Positions 28,685 to 39,385 of a stretch of DNA of 64,000 bases are shown here, in pieces. The stretch comes from Candidatus Peregrinibacteria bacterium GW2011_GWF2_39_17 (GTDB lineage Bacteria > Patescibacteriota > Gracilibacteria > UBA1369 > UBA12473). A program made the position numbers and the translations under genes. Below the pieces are notes generated by a model. That model did no database searches. It was given only the letters and a program-made list of their open reading frames with translations, and was not told where the DNA came from. Position 1 is the first letter of the stretch; each line of letters begins with the position of its first letter. The stretch covers positions 23,810 to 87,809 of the forward strand of contig LBWM01000004.1 in assembly GCA_000993615.1 (NCBI GenBank), given 5' to 3'.

Positions 28685-29782
28685 TTATTTTTGCCACCTG
28701 TTCCCCCCTCGCCGCCCTCGATTTCTCAAATCAAGCGTTTCTCCTCCAATAGTTCCTACCTTTCTCTCGCTACCATCAAATCGCATATACTGTTTGGCCT
28801 CTACTGACTGCTGTGGGTAAAACTGATCCCTATTTTGCATCAATTCCACGACCTGATAGTCTCCATCTAAAAAAACAACATTCCAAGCATGATAACCCGT
28901 TGGCTCCCCATAAGCTCCTCTAACCAATCTCAACGGAATTTCCTCACGATCAGCCAAATATTTTAATAAACCAGCCCGATGACGACATTCACCAAAACAC
29001 ATAGCTCCAATCGGCATTGCTGATAAATTTCCATTGTCAAAATACCTGTTTGCGAATTCCTTAATTTCCTCCCAGGAAGGCATTCCCTCTCTCTTACTCG
29101 GCCTTCCACTAAAATGCCATTTTACAAATCTAGCAAGTGCTTTAATTTTCTGCTCCAAAGTAGTAGCCTTATAACCATTCAAATATTGATGCGCCTCGTC
29201 AGTAATTCTTCTTAAATCAGGATCACTTTTAGTATCAAATTTTTCTACTACCTCAAACGGATAAACAGTAGGAGCTGTTCGCTTATCTCGATCTAAGCTA
29301 AATTCAATATTAAAAGTAGTGTAAAAAAACCCATCCGCCATCCTTTCGTCAAAGTCAAGAAAGCCGGTCCGCAAATACTTTAAACTTTGAAAAACAGGAT
29401 TTCTCTTTAAATCCTCTAACCTAAGTCGCAAAATTCCTTTCGTTGTTCTCAATATTACTTGCGATAAATCCGCCGCCAATTCTACCCCTTCTATACACGG
29501 GATTAAGTTATTTCTATATTTTCTCTCACCTACTGGTGAAACTCTACTATAAATTCTGACTAATGATTCCTTACCAACCACCAAAGGCCGTTTTAAATCT
29601 CCTTCAACAATACCTACCACCTTAGCCTGGATTAAATCTTGTACGGAGCTTACCACTGCATCACCCTCTTCGATTTTTTCTAATCTAACTCTCAGCCCTT
29701 CTTCCCCATTAACCAAAAAAGCGGTTAGCACTTCTAGGAAATCCGGATCCGAAGTTCTGGGCTTTAAAATTTGTGTTTCCAT
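28685..29782 (-). CDS. EDR1-like / transglutaminase-fold protein
   Basis: GECRHRAGLLKYLAD..IPLRLVRG...HAWNVV...VVELM resembles the EDR1/CTR1 N-terminal domain motif. Confidence 0.75.
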   Translation of the reverse strand: METQILKPRTSDPDFLEVLTAFLVNGEEGLRVRLEKIEEGDAVVSSVQDLIQAKVVGIVEGDLKRPLVVGKESLVRIYSRVSPVGERKYRNNLIPCIEGVELAADLSQVILRTTKGILRLRLEDLKRNPVFQSLKYLRTGFLDFDERMADGFFYTTFNIEFSLDRDKRTAPTVYPFEVVEKFDTKSDPDLRRITDEAHQYLNGYKATTLEQKIKALARFVKWHFSGRPSKREGMPSWEEIKEFANRYFDNGNLSAMPIGAMCFGECRHRAGLLKYLADREEIPLRLVRGAYGEPTGYHAWNVVFLDGDYQVVELMQNRDQFYPQQSVEAKQYMRFDGSERKVGTIGGETLDLRNRGRRGGNRWQK

Positions 29783-29886
29783 TTTCTTTAATTAGGGAAT
29801 TAAAGATTATACAACCTTCTGAAATAGATAGCAATCTTAATGAAAATATGTTATAATTAAAAGATAATTATTTCACCTTCTCCCTT

Positions 29887-32568
29887 ATGTTTTCATATTT
29901 TTACCCCCTTTACCCCGCACGTCTAATCTATCGCGAGGTAAAACGTGAGGTAAAAACTGAAACGCGATCAGAAAAAACTTCTTCGTGTACCGTTGAAGGA
30001 TTAAATGAATGTCTTGAAACCATAAATACCCTCGATGCCAAACTCGCTCTTTTGAGTGAACTTTTGGCCAAAGAATTCGAACGCAAAAATGAGTCTGGCA
30101 TTTCAAAAGGATTTGCCATGATGAAAAAATTACTCAGCGAGCAACTAAACAAAGGAGATCAGGCGACAACTGAAAAAGTAATTACCACTATTGAAAATAG
30201 TTATTTGATTCCAAAAAGAAGAGCGATTGCGATCCAAGGAACATTCGTCGAAAATCCTCGCCTAACTGCAATGGCAGCTATCGACTATCGTACCGAAATG
30301 AAACCCCTTGATCGCTACACCCGTGAAGCAGTTTTGGCAGAAGTACAATTTGAACGATTACCTCAAGAGGAAAAAGAATTAATTCAAGCCGCCCAAATAG
30401 CCAATTTCGCTGCTGTTAGCCTTTACGACAAAACTCCGGGATGGACCAATGACGATTCTACTCAAATTCGCGAACAAAATTACACTACAGTTTTTCAAGA
30501 AAAAGAAGATTGGACAGAAGAAGGGAAAAACATAGATCCAAACACCATGAGCCCCTACGTTTTCTATAGTTTATTTATTAAAAGATACGTAGGAAATTCA
30601 ACCCCTAATGAGGCTAGAATACGCCTTAGAAATCGCCAACTGGTCATTGCTTTTCTGCAAACCGATGGCGCTAATATTCCAAAAACATTGCGAGCTCAAA
30701 TTTACATTGATTTAGCCAATAGTTTCCTGCTCTATAGCCATCCTCCACATCAAGCTAAAACCACCATCAAAGAATACAACCCTGTTTTAGCCCAAAAATT
30801 CTTAGATCAAGCGATTTCCATGTTAGAACCGATTAATTCCCCGCCCACGGCTCTGCATAGCGCGATCTCTTCATTCCCAGAACCTTCAGACCGAGAAAAA
30901 TGGAAAATCGATCAAATTAATTTAGCCTATGCTCATTATAGACGAGCCAAACTGCAAAGCGAAAACACTAAAGAACGAAAAACCACTACTCCCAACCCCT
31001 CCATTATTGCTGAATTTGAAAAATCACTATCTTTATGGCCTCTGACCAGCACTTTTTTCGACTACACTAACTACTTATGGCGGTTCAGGGGACAAACCCA
31101 AAAAGTCGCTGCTATTTGTGATCGCGCCGAAAAAAACCTTCAAGATCACAAATACCTCTATGCGGATAAAACCCCTCCTACCCTAAGCACCCGGCGAATC
31201 GCCGAAATCCGCATCGCATGCTTACAACGTTTACTTCTCTACGATTACAATATCGAAGGGGTTGACCCCTTATTCCAAAAACTTGAAAAGTTTAAACCAG
31301 AATACGACTATGAATTTCAAATTCTTAAATCAAATTATGAACGAAATAAACGCATCCACCGTCTAAGAGAAGAATTTTTATCTAAAACACCAGCAAAACG
31401 CCGTGAAATAATTGCCTCACACTTTAGTGACACTCCTCCTGGCACTAGAGCAGAATTGCTGTATCGTTATGAACATTCTGCTGTAATAGCCGTACAACAA
31501 GAATTTAAAAATTTGATCACCAAAAAATCCTTGCGCTGTAAAAAAGAAATCGAAGCTTTATTACCAATTATCGCGCGCAATTCCGCAGACTGGAAACTCC
31601 TTGAAGCGCATCTTTTTGATGATTACGCCCCAAATGAAGTCCAGCATCGTCCGAACAGAAAACGAGCTTTCGATTATTATAAAGAAGCGCTTACCATGAA
31701 AGACAATTCCGGAAAATCTCTACTGGGTGAATTCCATGTTTTTACCGCCATTGCTCGATGCTATCGTTTTCTCAACAGCCCAGATCAATACAGTGCTTCG
31801 GATTATAGTATCTCAGGTGGATTGTCGATTGGCACCGAACTCGTATTAGATCATGAAAAAAATCACTTTACGATCAAAGATCCCTCGGATTTAGTAATTC
31901 TCTATCAAGATGCAAACGGGCGTGGTATAGCGATCAATCGCTATTTAAATTTACCGGAAAGCCTGGGATGGGAATATCTAAAAGGCCAGTTAAGTAATAC
32001 TAACGGACTACCCGACCTTATAAAGAAAAGGCGAGAATTACTTAAGAGACGCCGTATCCTAAGTAGTCAACTTAGGGAAATAGCAGATAAAATAACTAAA
32101 AACAAACATCCGGATGAGCAAGTCGATAATTTTTATCGTTTATATGAAGAAGACGAAAACTGGGAACAAATTTTCACTCCAGAAAATTTCTCCCTAGCAT
32201 CAAAAAAATTTGGAGTAAATCTTCGTCAACTCCTAGAAGAGTACTATCAAACTATACCATTTCAACTTAGCCAAATCGAAGCGATCTTGCGACCTGAGGC
32301 CGCCGGTGGAATTTATTGGATCCAAAAAAATCCAAAGACTGGTCATTTGCAAATTCTTTCGAGGCCAATTACTTCCTTTACACAAGATAATGAACCACCT
32401 GATTCTAAAACCAACAAAATAAATTTCCCAATAAAAGGATTTTCATGCGATACTTTACATTTACCAGGAAAAGGGTACTACGGGGCAACAACACCCTTAT
32501 TAGAACTAGCGTTCGCCCTAACAGAAAATAACCCTCCTAAATGGCTCGATGTAGTTAATGACTATTAA
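29887..32568 (+). CDS. Large hypothetical, mostly helical (TPR-like) protein
   Basis: 893-aa ORF; TPR-like segments (AQIYIDLA, AYAHYRRA, FEKSLSLWP); extended -10 TGTTATAAT at 29849-29857. Confidence 0.75.
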   Translation: MFSYFYPLYPARLIYREVKREVKTETRSEKTSSCTVEGLNECLETINTLDAKLALLSELLAKEFERKNESGISKGFAMMKKLLSEQLNKGDQATTEKVITTIENSYLIPKRRAIAIQGTFVENPRLTAMAAIDYRTEMKPLDRYTREAVLAEVQFERLPQEEKELIQAAQIANFAAVSLYDKTPGWTNDDSTQIREQNYTTVFQEKEDWTEEGKNIDPNTMSPYVFYSLFIKRYVGNSTPNEARIRLRNRQLVIAFLQTDGANIPKTLRAQIYIDLANSFLLYSHPPHQAKTTIKEYNPVLAQKFLDQAISMLEPINSPPTALHSAISSFPEPSDREKWKIDQINLAYAHYRRAKLQSENTKERKTTTPNPSIIAEFEKSLSLWPLTSTFFDYTNYLWRFRGQTQKVAAICDRAEKNLQDHKYLYADKTPPTLSTRRIAEIRIACLQRLLLYDYNIEGVDPLFQKLEKFKPEYDYEFQILKSNYERNKRIHRLREEFLSKTPAKRREIIASHFSDTPPGTRAELLYRYEHSAVIAVQQEFKNLITKKSLRCKKEIEALLPIIARNSADWKLLEAHLFDDYAPNEVQHRPNRKRAFDYYKEALTMKDNSGKSLLGEFHVFTAIARCYRFLNSPDQYSASDYSISGGLSIGTELVLDHEKNHFTIKDPSDLVILYQDANGRGIAINRYLNLPESLGWEYLKGQLSNTNGLPDLIKKRRELLKRRRILSSQLREIADKITKNKHPDEQVDNFYRLYEEDENWEQIFTPENFSLASKKFGVNLRQLLEEYYQTIPFQLSQIEAILRPEAAGGIYWIQKNPKTGHLQILSRPITSFTQDNEPPDSKTNKINFPIKGFSCDTLHLPGKGYYGATTPLLELAFALTENNPPKWLDVVNDY

Positions 32569-32581
32569 AAAACCAAAATCC

Positions 32582-33655
32582 CTAATCTGTTAACCCTAAG
32601 TCCTCTAAAATTACCATTTTAGGTGCTAGAGCTGCTGCAATATCTTTATTTTGCGAATATAAATTCAAAACATTGCCCGCAAACAACTTAGCCTTTTCAA
32701 CCAAGCCTTGCTCATAAGCATTGATCGCCTGCTCAAAATAAACGTCAAAGTATAAGCCTACTATTACTTTATTATAATGAAGAAAGTCGTTTTCATCTAA
32801 ATAATCGCTCTTCGAAATAAAACTTTCCAAATAATCAACCAATTGCAAAGCTTCCTCTATCTTAGATATAAACCCAGCTTGATCACGCAATAAACGACTA
32901 ACTGTTGCTTGAGCTATTTTTGCTATTACGATTTCTTCTAAAGTATTAGCGGCTCGTCTATCTTTTTGGATATTCTTAAGATCATCACATTCCAATAAAT
33001 CGTAAAATTCATTCCCAAGAACAATTACCTGGGCCTCCAAATTTTGATAAAAAGCATTTAAGCCATTTGCATCCAACGTCTCAAGTTTAGCTAAAAAATT
33101 TTCATCAAGATATCTATCTAAAATAGAAACAAAAGCCCTATCAACCTCAACCTGAGCCCGTGATAATTTTTGTTTACAAGCTTGCCCCCTAGTAGGACTA
33201 CCTTCTAAATAAAAAAGAGCCAAATCCTCATAAAATGCCGCCAATTCAAAATCCCCTTCATGGTAAGCTATATCGCCCAAATTTCTTGCATTGATAGCTG
33301 CCCGTTCCATTTTCCCATTTTCAAATTCCAGGTTTAACATTTCCTCCAAAACACGTTTTTTTGCACCCCTATCATCCTTTTCATTTACCTCCTTCCAATC
33401 CACCATTAATCTTGCTCGGGTTTCTTTATATTTCTCAAGTTTAGCATCTCTTAATTTATCATCCTCATTAGCAGATCCATCTAGTGCCTTTTTTTTGCCA
33501 TCATTCACCAAATTCACCCGATTTTGAACACCACCAGTAACATCCGCTATATCTGGCGTGGTTAAAGTTGCATCCAAAGATCCCGTTTTACTTGGATATA
33601 AAGAAAGCCCAGCCGCACATGCCAATCCTAATTTTAACGCATTCCCTAACTCCAT
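32582..33655 (-). CDS. Hypothetical TPR-like exported protein
   Basis: N-terminal hydrophobic segment; NLGDIAYHEGDFELAAFY TPR-like helix pair. Confidence 0.7.
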   Translation of the reverse strand: MELGNALKLGLACAAGLSLYPSKTGSLDATLTTPDIADVTGGVQNRVNLVNDGKKKALDGSANEDDKLRDAKLEKYKETRARLMVDWKEVNEKDDRGAKKRVLEEMLNLEFENGKMERAAINARNLGDIAYHEGDFELAAFYEDLALFYLEGSPTRGQACKQKLSRAQVEVDRAFVSILDRYLDENFLAKLETLDANGLNAFYQNLEAQVIVLGNEFYDLLECDDLKNIQKDRRAANTLEEIVIAKIAQATVSRLLRDQAGFISKIEEALQLVDYLESFISKSDYLDENDFLHYNKVIVGLYFDVYFEQAINAYEQGLVEKAKLFAGNVLNLYSQNKDIAAALAPKMVILEDLGLTD

Positions 33656-33715
33656 ATTATAAAATTTTAAATAAACCCATACTACTTCGCTTTTAAATGA
33701 GCAAAAGAAAATAAT

Positions 33716-35692
33716 CTACATTTTTTCTTTTAATTCGTCAATTTCATCGCGAAGTTCCGCGGCCTTTTCAAATTCCATATTCTGCGACGCCAAATCCATC
33801 TCCGCCTCCAAAGACTCAACCAGCCGCTTAAGCTCGTTCTTTGGTACCTTCTTGGAATCATAATGTCTAACCTGTTTTTTAGCTTCATCCTTTTTGTGCA
33901 TAGCCAAATCTTTAATGGCTTTTACAATCGTTTCAGGGGTAATACCATGTTTTTCATTATGAGCCATCTGTATGGCCCGGCGACGATTAGTCTCGGAAAT
34001 AGCTGCTTTCATAGCCGTTGTTTCCCTATTAGCATACATAATCACCAAACCATTAACATTACGCGCCGCCCGTCCAATAGTCTGGATTAAAGCAGTTTCC
34101 GAACGCAAAAACCCTTCCTTATCCGCATCTAAAATTCCGATCAAAGATACCTCCGGTAAATCCAAACCTTCACGCAATAAATTAATCCCCACCAATACAT
34201 CAAATTTTCCCAATCGAAAATCACGCAAAATTTCAATCCTTTCCAAAGTCTCAATATCAGAATGCAAATACCGCACCTTAATCCCCTTATCCACCAAAAA
34301 ATCCGTCAAGTCTTCCGAAGAACGTTTGGTTAAAGTAGTGACTAAAATTCGTTCCTTTTGCTCAATTCTTCCATGAATCTCTTTAAGTAAATCCAAAATT
34401 TGCCCAGTAATGGGACGAATTACCACACCAGGATCCAAAAGACCAGTGGGTCGAATAATCTGCTCCGCAATAAATTTTTTATCCGTATTTGCGTACTCAT
34501 ATTTACTAGGAGTGGCCGAAACAAAAATAGCTTCCTTAATATGTTTCTCAAATTCCTCAAATTTCAAAGGACGATTATCGTGAGCCGAAGGCAACCTAAA
34601 TCCGAAATTAACCAAATTTTGCTTGCGACTATAATTGCCATTATGCATGGCTCCAATTTGCGGAATTGTAATATGTGATTCATCAATCACCATTAAAAAA
34701 TCATCCGGGAAATAATCCAAAAGTGTAGCTGGTTGCTGGCCTGGCTCTCGATCGTTTAAGTAGCGTGTATAATTTTCTAACCCCGGACAATATCCGGTTT
34801 CCTGCAAAATTTCCAAATCATATTCAGTCCGCGTTTTTAACCGTTCAGCCTCCAAACCTTTCCCGATTTTTTGCAAATAAACATATTGTTCCTGAAGCTC
34901 TGCCCGAATACCAGTCATTGCTTTTTCAATTCTCTCCCGCGTAGTTACATCATGTTTAGCCGGAAAAATTTTCACAGATTGCAATTCTTGATGAACTTCC
35001 CCAGTAAAGGCATCTGCTTCGGAAATTCGCTCAATTTCATCACCGAAAAATTCAAACCGAATAATCGTATCTTCACTCGGAGGAAACACTTCCACTACAT
35101 CACCAAGAACGTGAAACATACCCTGCTTAAACTCCATTTTCGACCGCGTATACTGCAAATCAGTTAAATGGCGCAAAAATTTATCTCGATTACGCTCTTC
35201 TCCAACCTTAAGCTCAATCGCCAAATTTCGATATTCCTCTGGGGAACCCAATCCATAAATACACGACACCGAAGCTACAATAATTACATCACGCCTAGTT
35301 AATAAATTAGTGGTAGCAGCGTGCCTAAATTTATTAATTTCTTCATTGATTGAAGCATCTTTTTCGATATAGGTATCAGTACGTGGATTATAAGCTTCTG
35401 GTTGATAATAATCATAATAAGACACAAAATAATGAACCGCATTATCAGGGAAAAATTCTCTAAACTCAGTACATAATTGAGCCGCCAAAGTCTTATTATG
35501 AGCAATAACCAAAGTCGGCCGCTGCACTTCTTGAATCACCGAAGCAATCGTAAAAGTTTTACCTGTGCCGGTCGCGCCCAAAAGCGTTTGGTATTTTTGC
35601 TTTTTCTGCAAACCCTGCACCAGTTGAGCAATAGCCCTCGGTTGATCTCCCTTAGGGGTAAAATCTGATTTAAGCTGAAATTCTTGAGACAT
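33716..35692 (-). CDS. uvrB: Excinuclease ABC subunit B
   Basis: [38 protein letters not shown]-terminal UVR domain. Confidence 0.99.
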   Translation of the reverse strand: MSQEFQLKSDFTPKGDQPRAIAQLVQGLQKKQKYQTLLGATGTGKTFTIASVIQEVQRPTLVIAHNKTLAAQLCTEFREFFPDNAVHYFVSYYDYYQPEAYNPRTDTYIEKDASINEEINKFRHAATTNLLTRRDVIIVASVSCIYGLGSPEEYRNLAIELKVGEERNRDKFLRHLTDLQYTRSKMEFKQGMFHVLGDVVEVFPPSEDTIIRFEFFGDEIERISEADAFTGEVHQELQSVKIFPAKHDVTTRERIEKAMTGIRAELQEQYVYLQKIGKGLEAERLKTRTEYDLEILQETGYCPGLENYTRYLNDREPGQQPATLLDYFPDDFLMVIDESHITIPQIGAMHNGNYSRKQNLVNFGFRLPSAHDNRPLKFEEFEKHIKEAIFVSATPSKYEYANTDKKFIAEQIIRPTGLLDPGVVIRPITGQILDLLKEIHGRIEQKERILVTTLTKRSSEDLTDFLVDKGIKVRYLHSDIETLERIEILRDFRLGKFDVLVGINLLREGLDLPEVSLIGILDADKEGFLRSETALIQTIGRAARNVNGLVIMYANRETTAMKAAISETNRRRAIQMAHNEKHGITPETIVKAIKDLAMHKKDEAKKQVRHYDSKKVPKNELKRLVESLEAEMDLASQNMEFEKAAELRDEIDELKEKM

Positions 35693-35829
35693 TATTAAAT
35701 CTTAAAACAACAATAAGGAATTTTAGCGTTTTAATAACAAGCTAACAAGCCGTCCTACTCCTAAAAAAGAGATAGATATTTACAAAAAATAAAAAAGAGG
35801 TAAAATATAATACTTTAACAAGAACATAT

Positions 35830-36816
35830 ATGCGAGAAACCCGGTTAGATGAAGATCATCAGCTAAATAGAACCGCATTAACATATGATGCCTTTCCAAA
35901 AAAAATCGAAACTTCTGCTCGCCTCGGAAAATGGCTAGCCCTCTTTTTAGCAAGCCTAAATTTTTTACCTCCATCTCAAACGGCAGCCCAGGACACTCAT
36001 TTTGAAAACAATAGAGCGTGCGGAACAGGTGCATCCGGAGTCCCTAATATTTTTCTGTCAGTGAACGGGAAACAATATTATAACCCTAATCCTACGATCG
36101 AGACATGGTTGGCGGCTTTAAATAATTTTAACGCTGACGCGAGTGATTCGACTACTACCATCGAATTTTCAGAAGTACGGTGGCCGTTAAAAGCCCCTTA
36201 TCGTCTATTCCGCAAAGGACGAACATTAAATTCTAAAATTAGTGTTCGCCTTCCTTGGTCTATGGTTAGCTATTTTAAAAGGCACCGAAAAGATCCGAAC
36301 TTTAGACAAATTCCCCAAATGGAAATACAGGGAGCCATTACACAATGCCTTGAAAGAACCGATCCAAAATTACCAGTTATCATTGTAAATCACAGCGATG
36401 GCGCTAATTGGGCTTTAGAAGTTATTAATGGGGACAAAGGAACGGGGCTTCCTCCGCTAACAATTCCTACTGATAAAAAATTGGTTGTAGTTAATTTGGC
36501 TCCAGCTATTAATGGTGTTCTTGGCGGGATTATTAAGCCTAGTCATTCTCCTGATGAAATCCGCCAAATGGTAAACGCTGTTTTTTGGACTATTTTTATT
36601 AGAATTAAAGACGATCCCCTTTCCGGAATGCCACCAATTGATTGTGAAGAAGAAAATTTAAATTGCCAAACATGGGAATTGAAGCCGGGAATAGTTGATC
36701 TTATCCCTGGAGTCGGTCATGCGCATGTAGAATCAAGAAAAGATGTAATGGATATTTTACACACATTTTTTACTAGAATTTTACTAGATACGCAAACCAC
36801 CCATTCTGCAGAATGA
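35830..36816 (+). CDS. Putative exported alpha/beta-hydrolase
   Basis: Nucleophile elbow IIVNHSDGA, later DDPLS and GVGHA; hydrophobic signal-like stretch. Confidence 0.55.
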   Translation: MRETRLDEDHQLNRTALTYDAFPKKIETSARLGKWLALFLASLNFLPPSQTAAQDTHFENNRACGTGASGVPNIFLSVNGKQYYNPNPTIETWLAALNNFNADASDSTTTIEFSEVRWPLKAPYRLFRKGRTLNSKISVRLPWSMVSYFKRHRKDPNFRQIPQMEIQGAITQCLERTDPKLPVIIVNHSDGANWALEVINGDKGTGLPPLTIPTDKKLVVVNLAPAINGVLGGIIKPSHSPDEIRQMVNAVFWTIFIRIKDDPLSGMPPIDCEEENLNCQTWELKPGIVDLIPGVGHAHVESRKDVMDILHTFFTRILLDTQTTHSAE

Positions 36817-36847
36817 AAAATAAAATATTTTTTGCTACAATAATTCC

Positions 36848-37780
36848 ATGAAAATTATTTCTTTTCTCGAAACCCATTTTGGCCTTTTCTTTTTGAGCGC
36901 TATTTTATTGGCTTTAATTTTTCCGAATTGGGGACAAGCCCTATCGTTCTTAATTATTCCTAGTTTAATTATTATTATTTTTGGATCTTTTTTGAAAATT
37001 AACACCGCGCATATTTGGAAACATCTCAAAAACCCATTACTGCTAATCTATTTACTTGGATTTTATCTTATAATTATTCCTGCGGTTTTATTTTTTGTAA
37101 CCAGTGTTTTCTGGCCTTCTCTAGCCCTCGGAGTACTGCTTTTGTCCGCCTTACCCCCAGGAGTGGCGACTCCTGGTTTTACCAATATTCTCAAAGGTAA
37201 CATTTCTTTAAGCCTCCTTTTAACAGTTATCGGACATATTTTTGCCCCATTTACCATGGTTTTTCTTTTTTATTTTTTAACTCCAATAACAATAAATTTG
37301 GATTTGTTGGGCATTTTTAAAAATTTAATACTCATAATTTTAGTGCCATTTTTAATTGCGCAAGGATTCAAAAAAATAACACCTGAAATTAGTTCAAAAA
37401 TAGCTAATTATACCAGCGCCATCACTGTTCTTTTGGTAGGATTTTTGCTCTACATAATAATTTCCCCACAAACTTCTCTTATTTTACAAAACCCTCTTAT
37501 AATCATAAAAAACCTTTGTCTTCTTTACGGGATTTTCACGCTTAACCACCTTATTGGTTATTTCCTTCCTTTTTGGAGGCCATCTCAAGATAAAATCGCC
37601 AGTTCTATTGCTAAAACTTACGGTAATAATTCACTGGGAATAGTTTTGGCTGCCAAATTTTTTACCCCTGAAATTACCCTGTTTTTAATTCTTAGTGAAA
37701 TTCCCTTTGGCACCATGCTTGCACCTTTTAAGTGGGCACTAGAAAATCTTCAAAAACATGAAATTAAAGCCGAAAAATAA
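36848..37780 (+). CDS. Bile acid:sodium symporter (BASS/ASBT) family transporter
   Basis: About 10 TM helices; LGVLLLSALPPG, KGNISLS, NNSLGIVLA. Confidence 0.85.
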   Translation: MKIISFLETHFGLFFLSAILLALIFPNWGQALSFLIIPSLIIIIFGSFLKINTAHIWKHLKNPLLLIYLLGFYLIIIPAVLFFVTSVFWPSLALGVLLLSALPPGVATPGFTNILKGNISLSLLLTVIGHIFAPFTMVFLFYFLTPITINLDLLGIFKNLILIILVPFLIAQGFKKITPEISSKIANYTSAITVLLVGFLLYIIISPQTSLILQNPLIIIKNLCLLYGIFTLNHLIGYFLPFWRPSQDKIASSIAKTYGNNSLGIVLAAKFFTPEITLFLILSEIPFGTMLAPFKWALENLQKHEIKAEK

Positions 37781-37922
37781 ACTCTCTTAAAAGAGAAAAA
37801 TCTTGACTCTCTAAAACTAAAAACTAAAATAAAGAAGCAATAATATTGACCATTCTAAGATGTAAATCTTTAGACAAATTTAGGTTCAAATTTACAATCA
37901 AATTTTTAAAAAATCAATTTAC

Positions 37923-39119
37923 ATGAACTCTACACAAAAAAAATGGCCATTCGTTTTCATCACGGTTTTACTGCTTTTAGTTAATTTTGGAGCCGGTCTT
38001 TCCGGTGCCTACTTGGGGCTAAAAATCTTCACCCCCACAATATCTCAAGAAAAAACCACTAAAACTCAAGTCATAAACGAGCAATCCGCCATTATTGACA
38101 CCGTTGAAAAAACCAAAGACGCAATTATAAGTGTTATAATTTCCAAAGACGTACCTGTTTTTAAAGAATATTACAGTAACCCCTTCGAAGATTTTAATCC
38201 CTTTGGCTTTAATTTTAACATTCCGCAGCGCGAACAAATTGGCACTGAAAAACAACAAATTGGCGCGGGCAGCGGATTTATAGTCACAGCCGATGGTCTA
38301 ATTATCACTAATCGCCATGTTGTTGAAGACGAAACTGCTTCGTATAGCGTAATCATGAACAACGGAGATATTATTGACGCTAAAATTATAGATACAGACC
38401 CTACTTACGATATTGCGGTTTTACAAATCGACAAAAAAAATCTAACCTATCTAAACCTAGGGGATTCCGATACCATCAAAGTTGGACAAAGTGTTATTGC
38501 CATTGGCAACGCTCTGGGCGAATTTTCTAATACCGTTAGCTCTGGAATTGTTTCAGGATTAGGAAGAACCGTAACCGCTGGCTCGGGTTATGGCCAAGTA
38601 GAAACGCTTAATAACATCATCCAAACTGATGCTTCTATTAATCCTGGAAACTCCGGCGGACCATTACTTGACCTAAATGGCAACGTTATCGGAGTTGATG
38701 TAGCCATGGCTCAAAATGCAGAAAATATTGGTTTTGCGATTCCTATTAATCCGGTCAAATCCATTCTTACATCTATCCAAGAAAATGGCGAAATTATTCG
38801 CCCATATCTTGGGATCCGTTACACTCCTATTAACAAAACCATCCAAGAAGCCAATAATTTACCTTATGACTATGGAGCATTAATTCTACGAGGCCAATCT
38901 CCAGAAGATCTAGCCGTAATTCCAGGGGGGCCAGCTGATAAGGCCGGCCTTCAAGAAAACGACCTTATTTTAGAAATCAATAATATTAAAATTGAGGCGA
39001 CCCATCCACTTCAAAGCGAAATTGTTAAATATGACGTTGGGGCAACGGTGACTCTAAAGGTTTACAGTAAAGGTGCGGAAAAAGAAGTGCCAGTAATTCT
39101 AGAAAAAAATCCCATGTAA
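37923..39119 (+). CDS. htrA: HtrA/DegP-family serine protease with PDZ domain
   Basis: GSGFIV, TNRHVV, DIAVL, QTDASINPGNSGGPL, RPYLGI. Confidence 0.95.
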   Translation: MNSTQKKWPFVFITVLLLLVNFGAGLSGAYLGLKIFTPTISQEKTTKTQVINEQSAIIDTVEKTKDAIISVIISKDVPVFKEYYSNPFEDFNPFGFNFNIPQREQIGTEKQQIGAGSGFIVTADGLIITNRHVVEDETASYSVIMNNGDIIDAKIIDTDPTYDIAVLQIDKKNLTYLNLGDSDTIKVGQSVIAIGNALGEFSNTVSSGIVSGLGRTVTAGSGYGQVETLNNIIQTDASINPGNSGGPLLDLNGNVIGVDVAMAQNAENIGFAIPINPVKSILTSIQENGEIIRPYLGIRYTPINKTIQEANNLPYDYGALILRGQSPEDLAVIPGGPADKAGLQENDLILEINNIKIEATHPLQSEIVKYDVGATVTLKVYSKGAEKEVPVILEKNPM

Positions 39120-39234
39120 GCGGAAAAAAGTCTCCAACTTTTTATTTGCAATTCATCAAAACCAGACTATGATAGAAAAAAGTTATGAAACCCCCTCCCC
39201 TCCCAAAACTTTTCAATCTTTTTACGAACATAAA

Positions 39235-39311
39235 TGGTGTCCCCGACAGGATTCGAACCTGTGGCCTTTGGCTCCGCAAGCCAACGCTCTATCCAACTGA
39301 GCTACGAGGAC
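39235..39311 (-). tRNA. tRNA-Arg (anticodon GCG)
   Basis: GTCCTCG-TAGCTCAGTTGGATAGAGC-G-TTGGC-TTGCGGA-GCCAA...GGTTCGAATCC...CGGGGAC-A-CCA; 77 nt with encoded CCA. Confidence 0.95.
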
Positions 39312-39351
39312 AAAATCAAAAAACAAACTAATCCCTTACCAAAACGGGTCT

Positions 39352-39379
39352 ATTATACGATTGCATGCCTTTAAATCAA
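39352..39379 (-). promoter_or_regulatory. Sigma70-type promoter of tRNA-Arg
   Basis: TTGATT-16 nt-TATAAT on the minus strand, about 40 nt upstream of the tRNA. Confidence 0.55.
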
Positions 39380-39385
39380 GCTTGT

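Noticed and set aside
37845-37920. Imperfect inverted repeats upstream of htrA (GATGTAAAT...ATTTACAATC) as a heat-shock operator
   Set aside because: AT-rich and no match to CIRCE or CtsR consensus; could be chance
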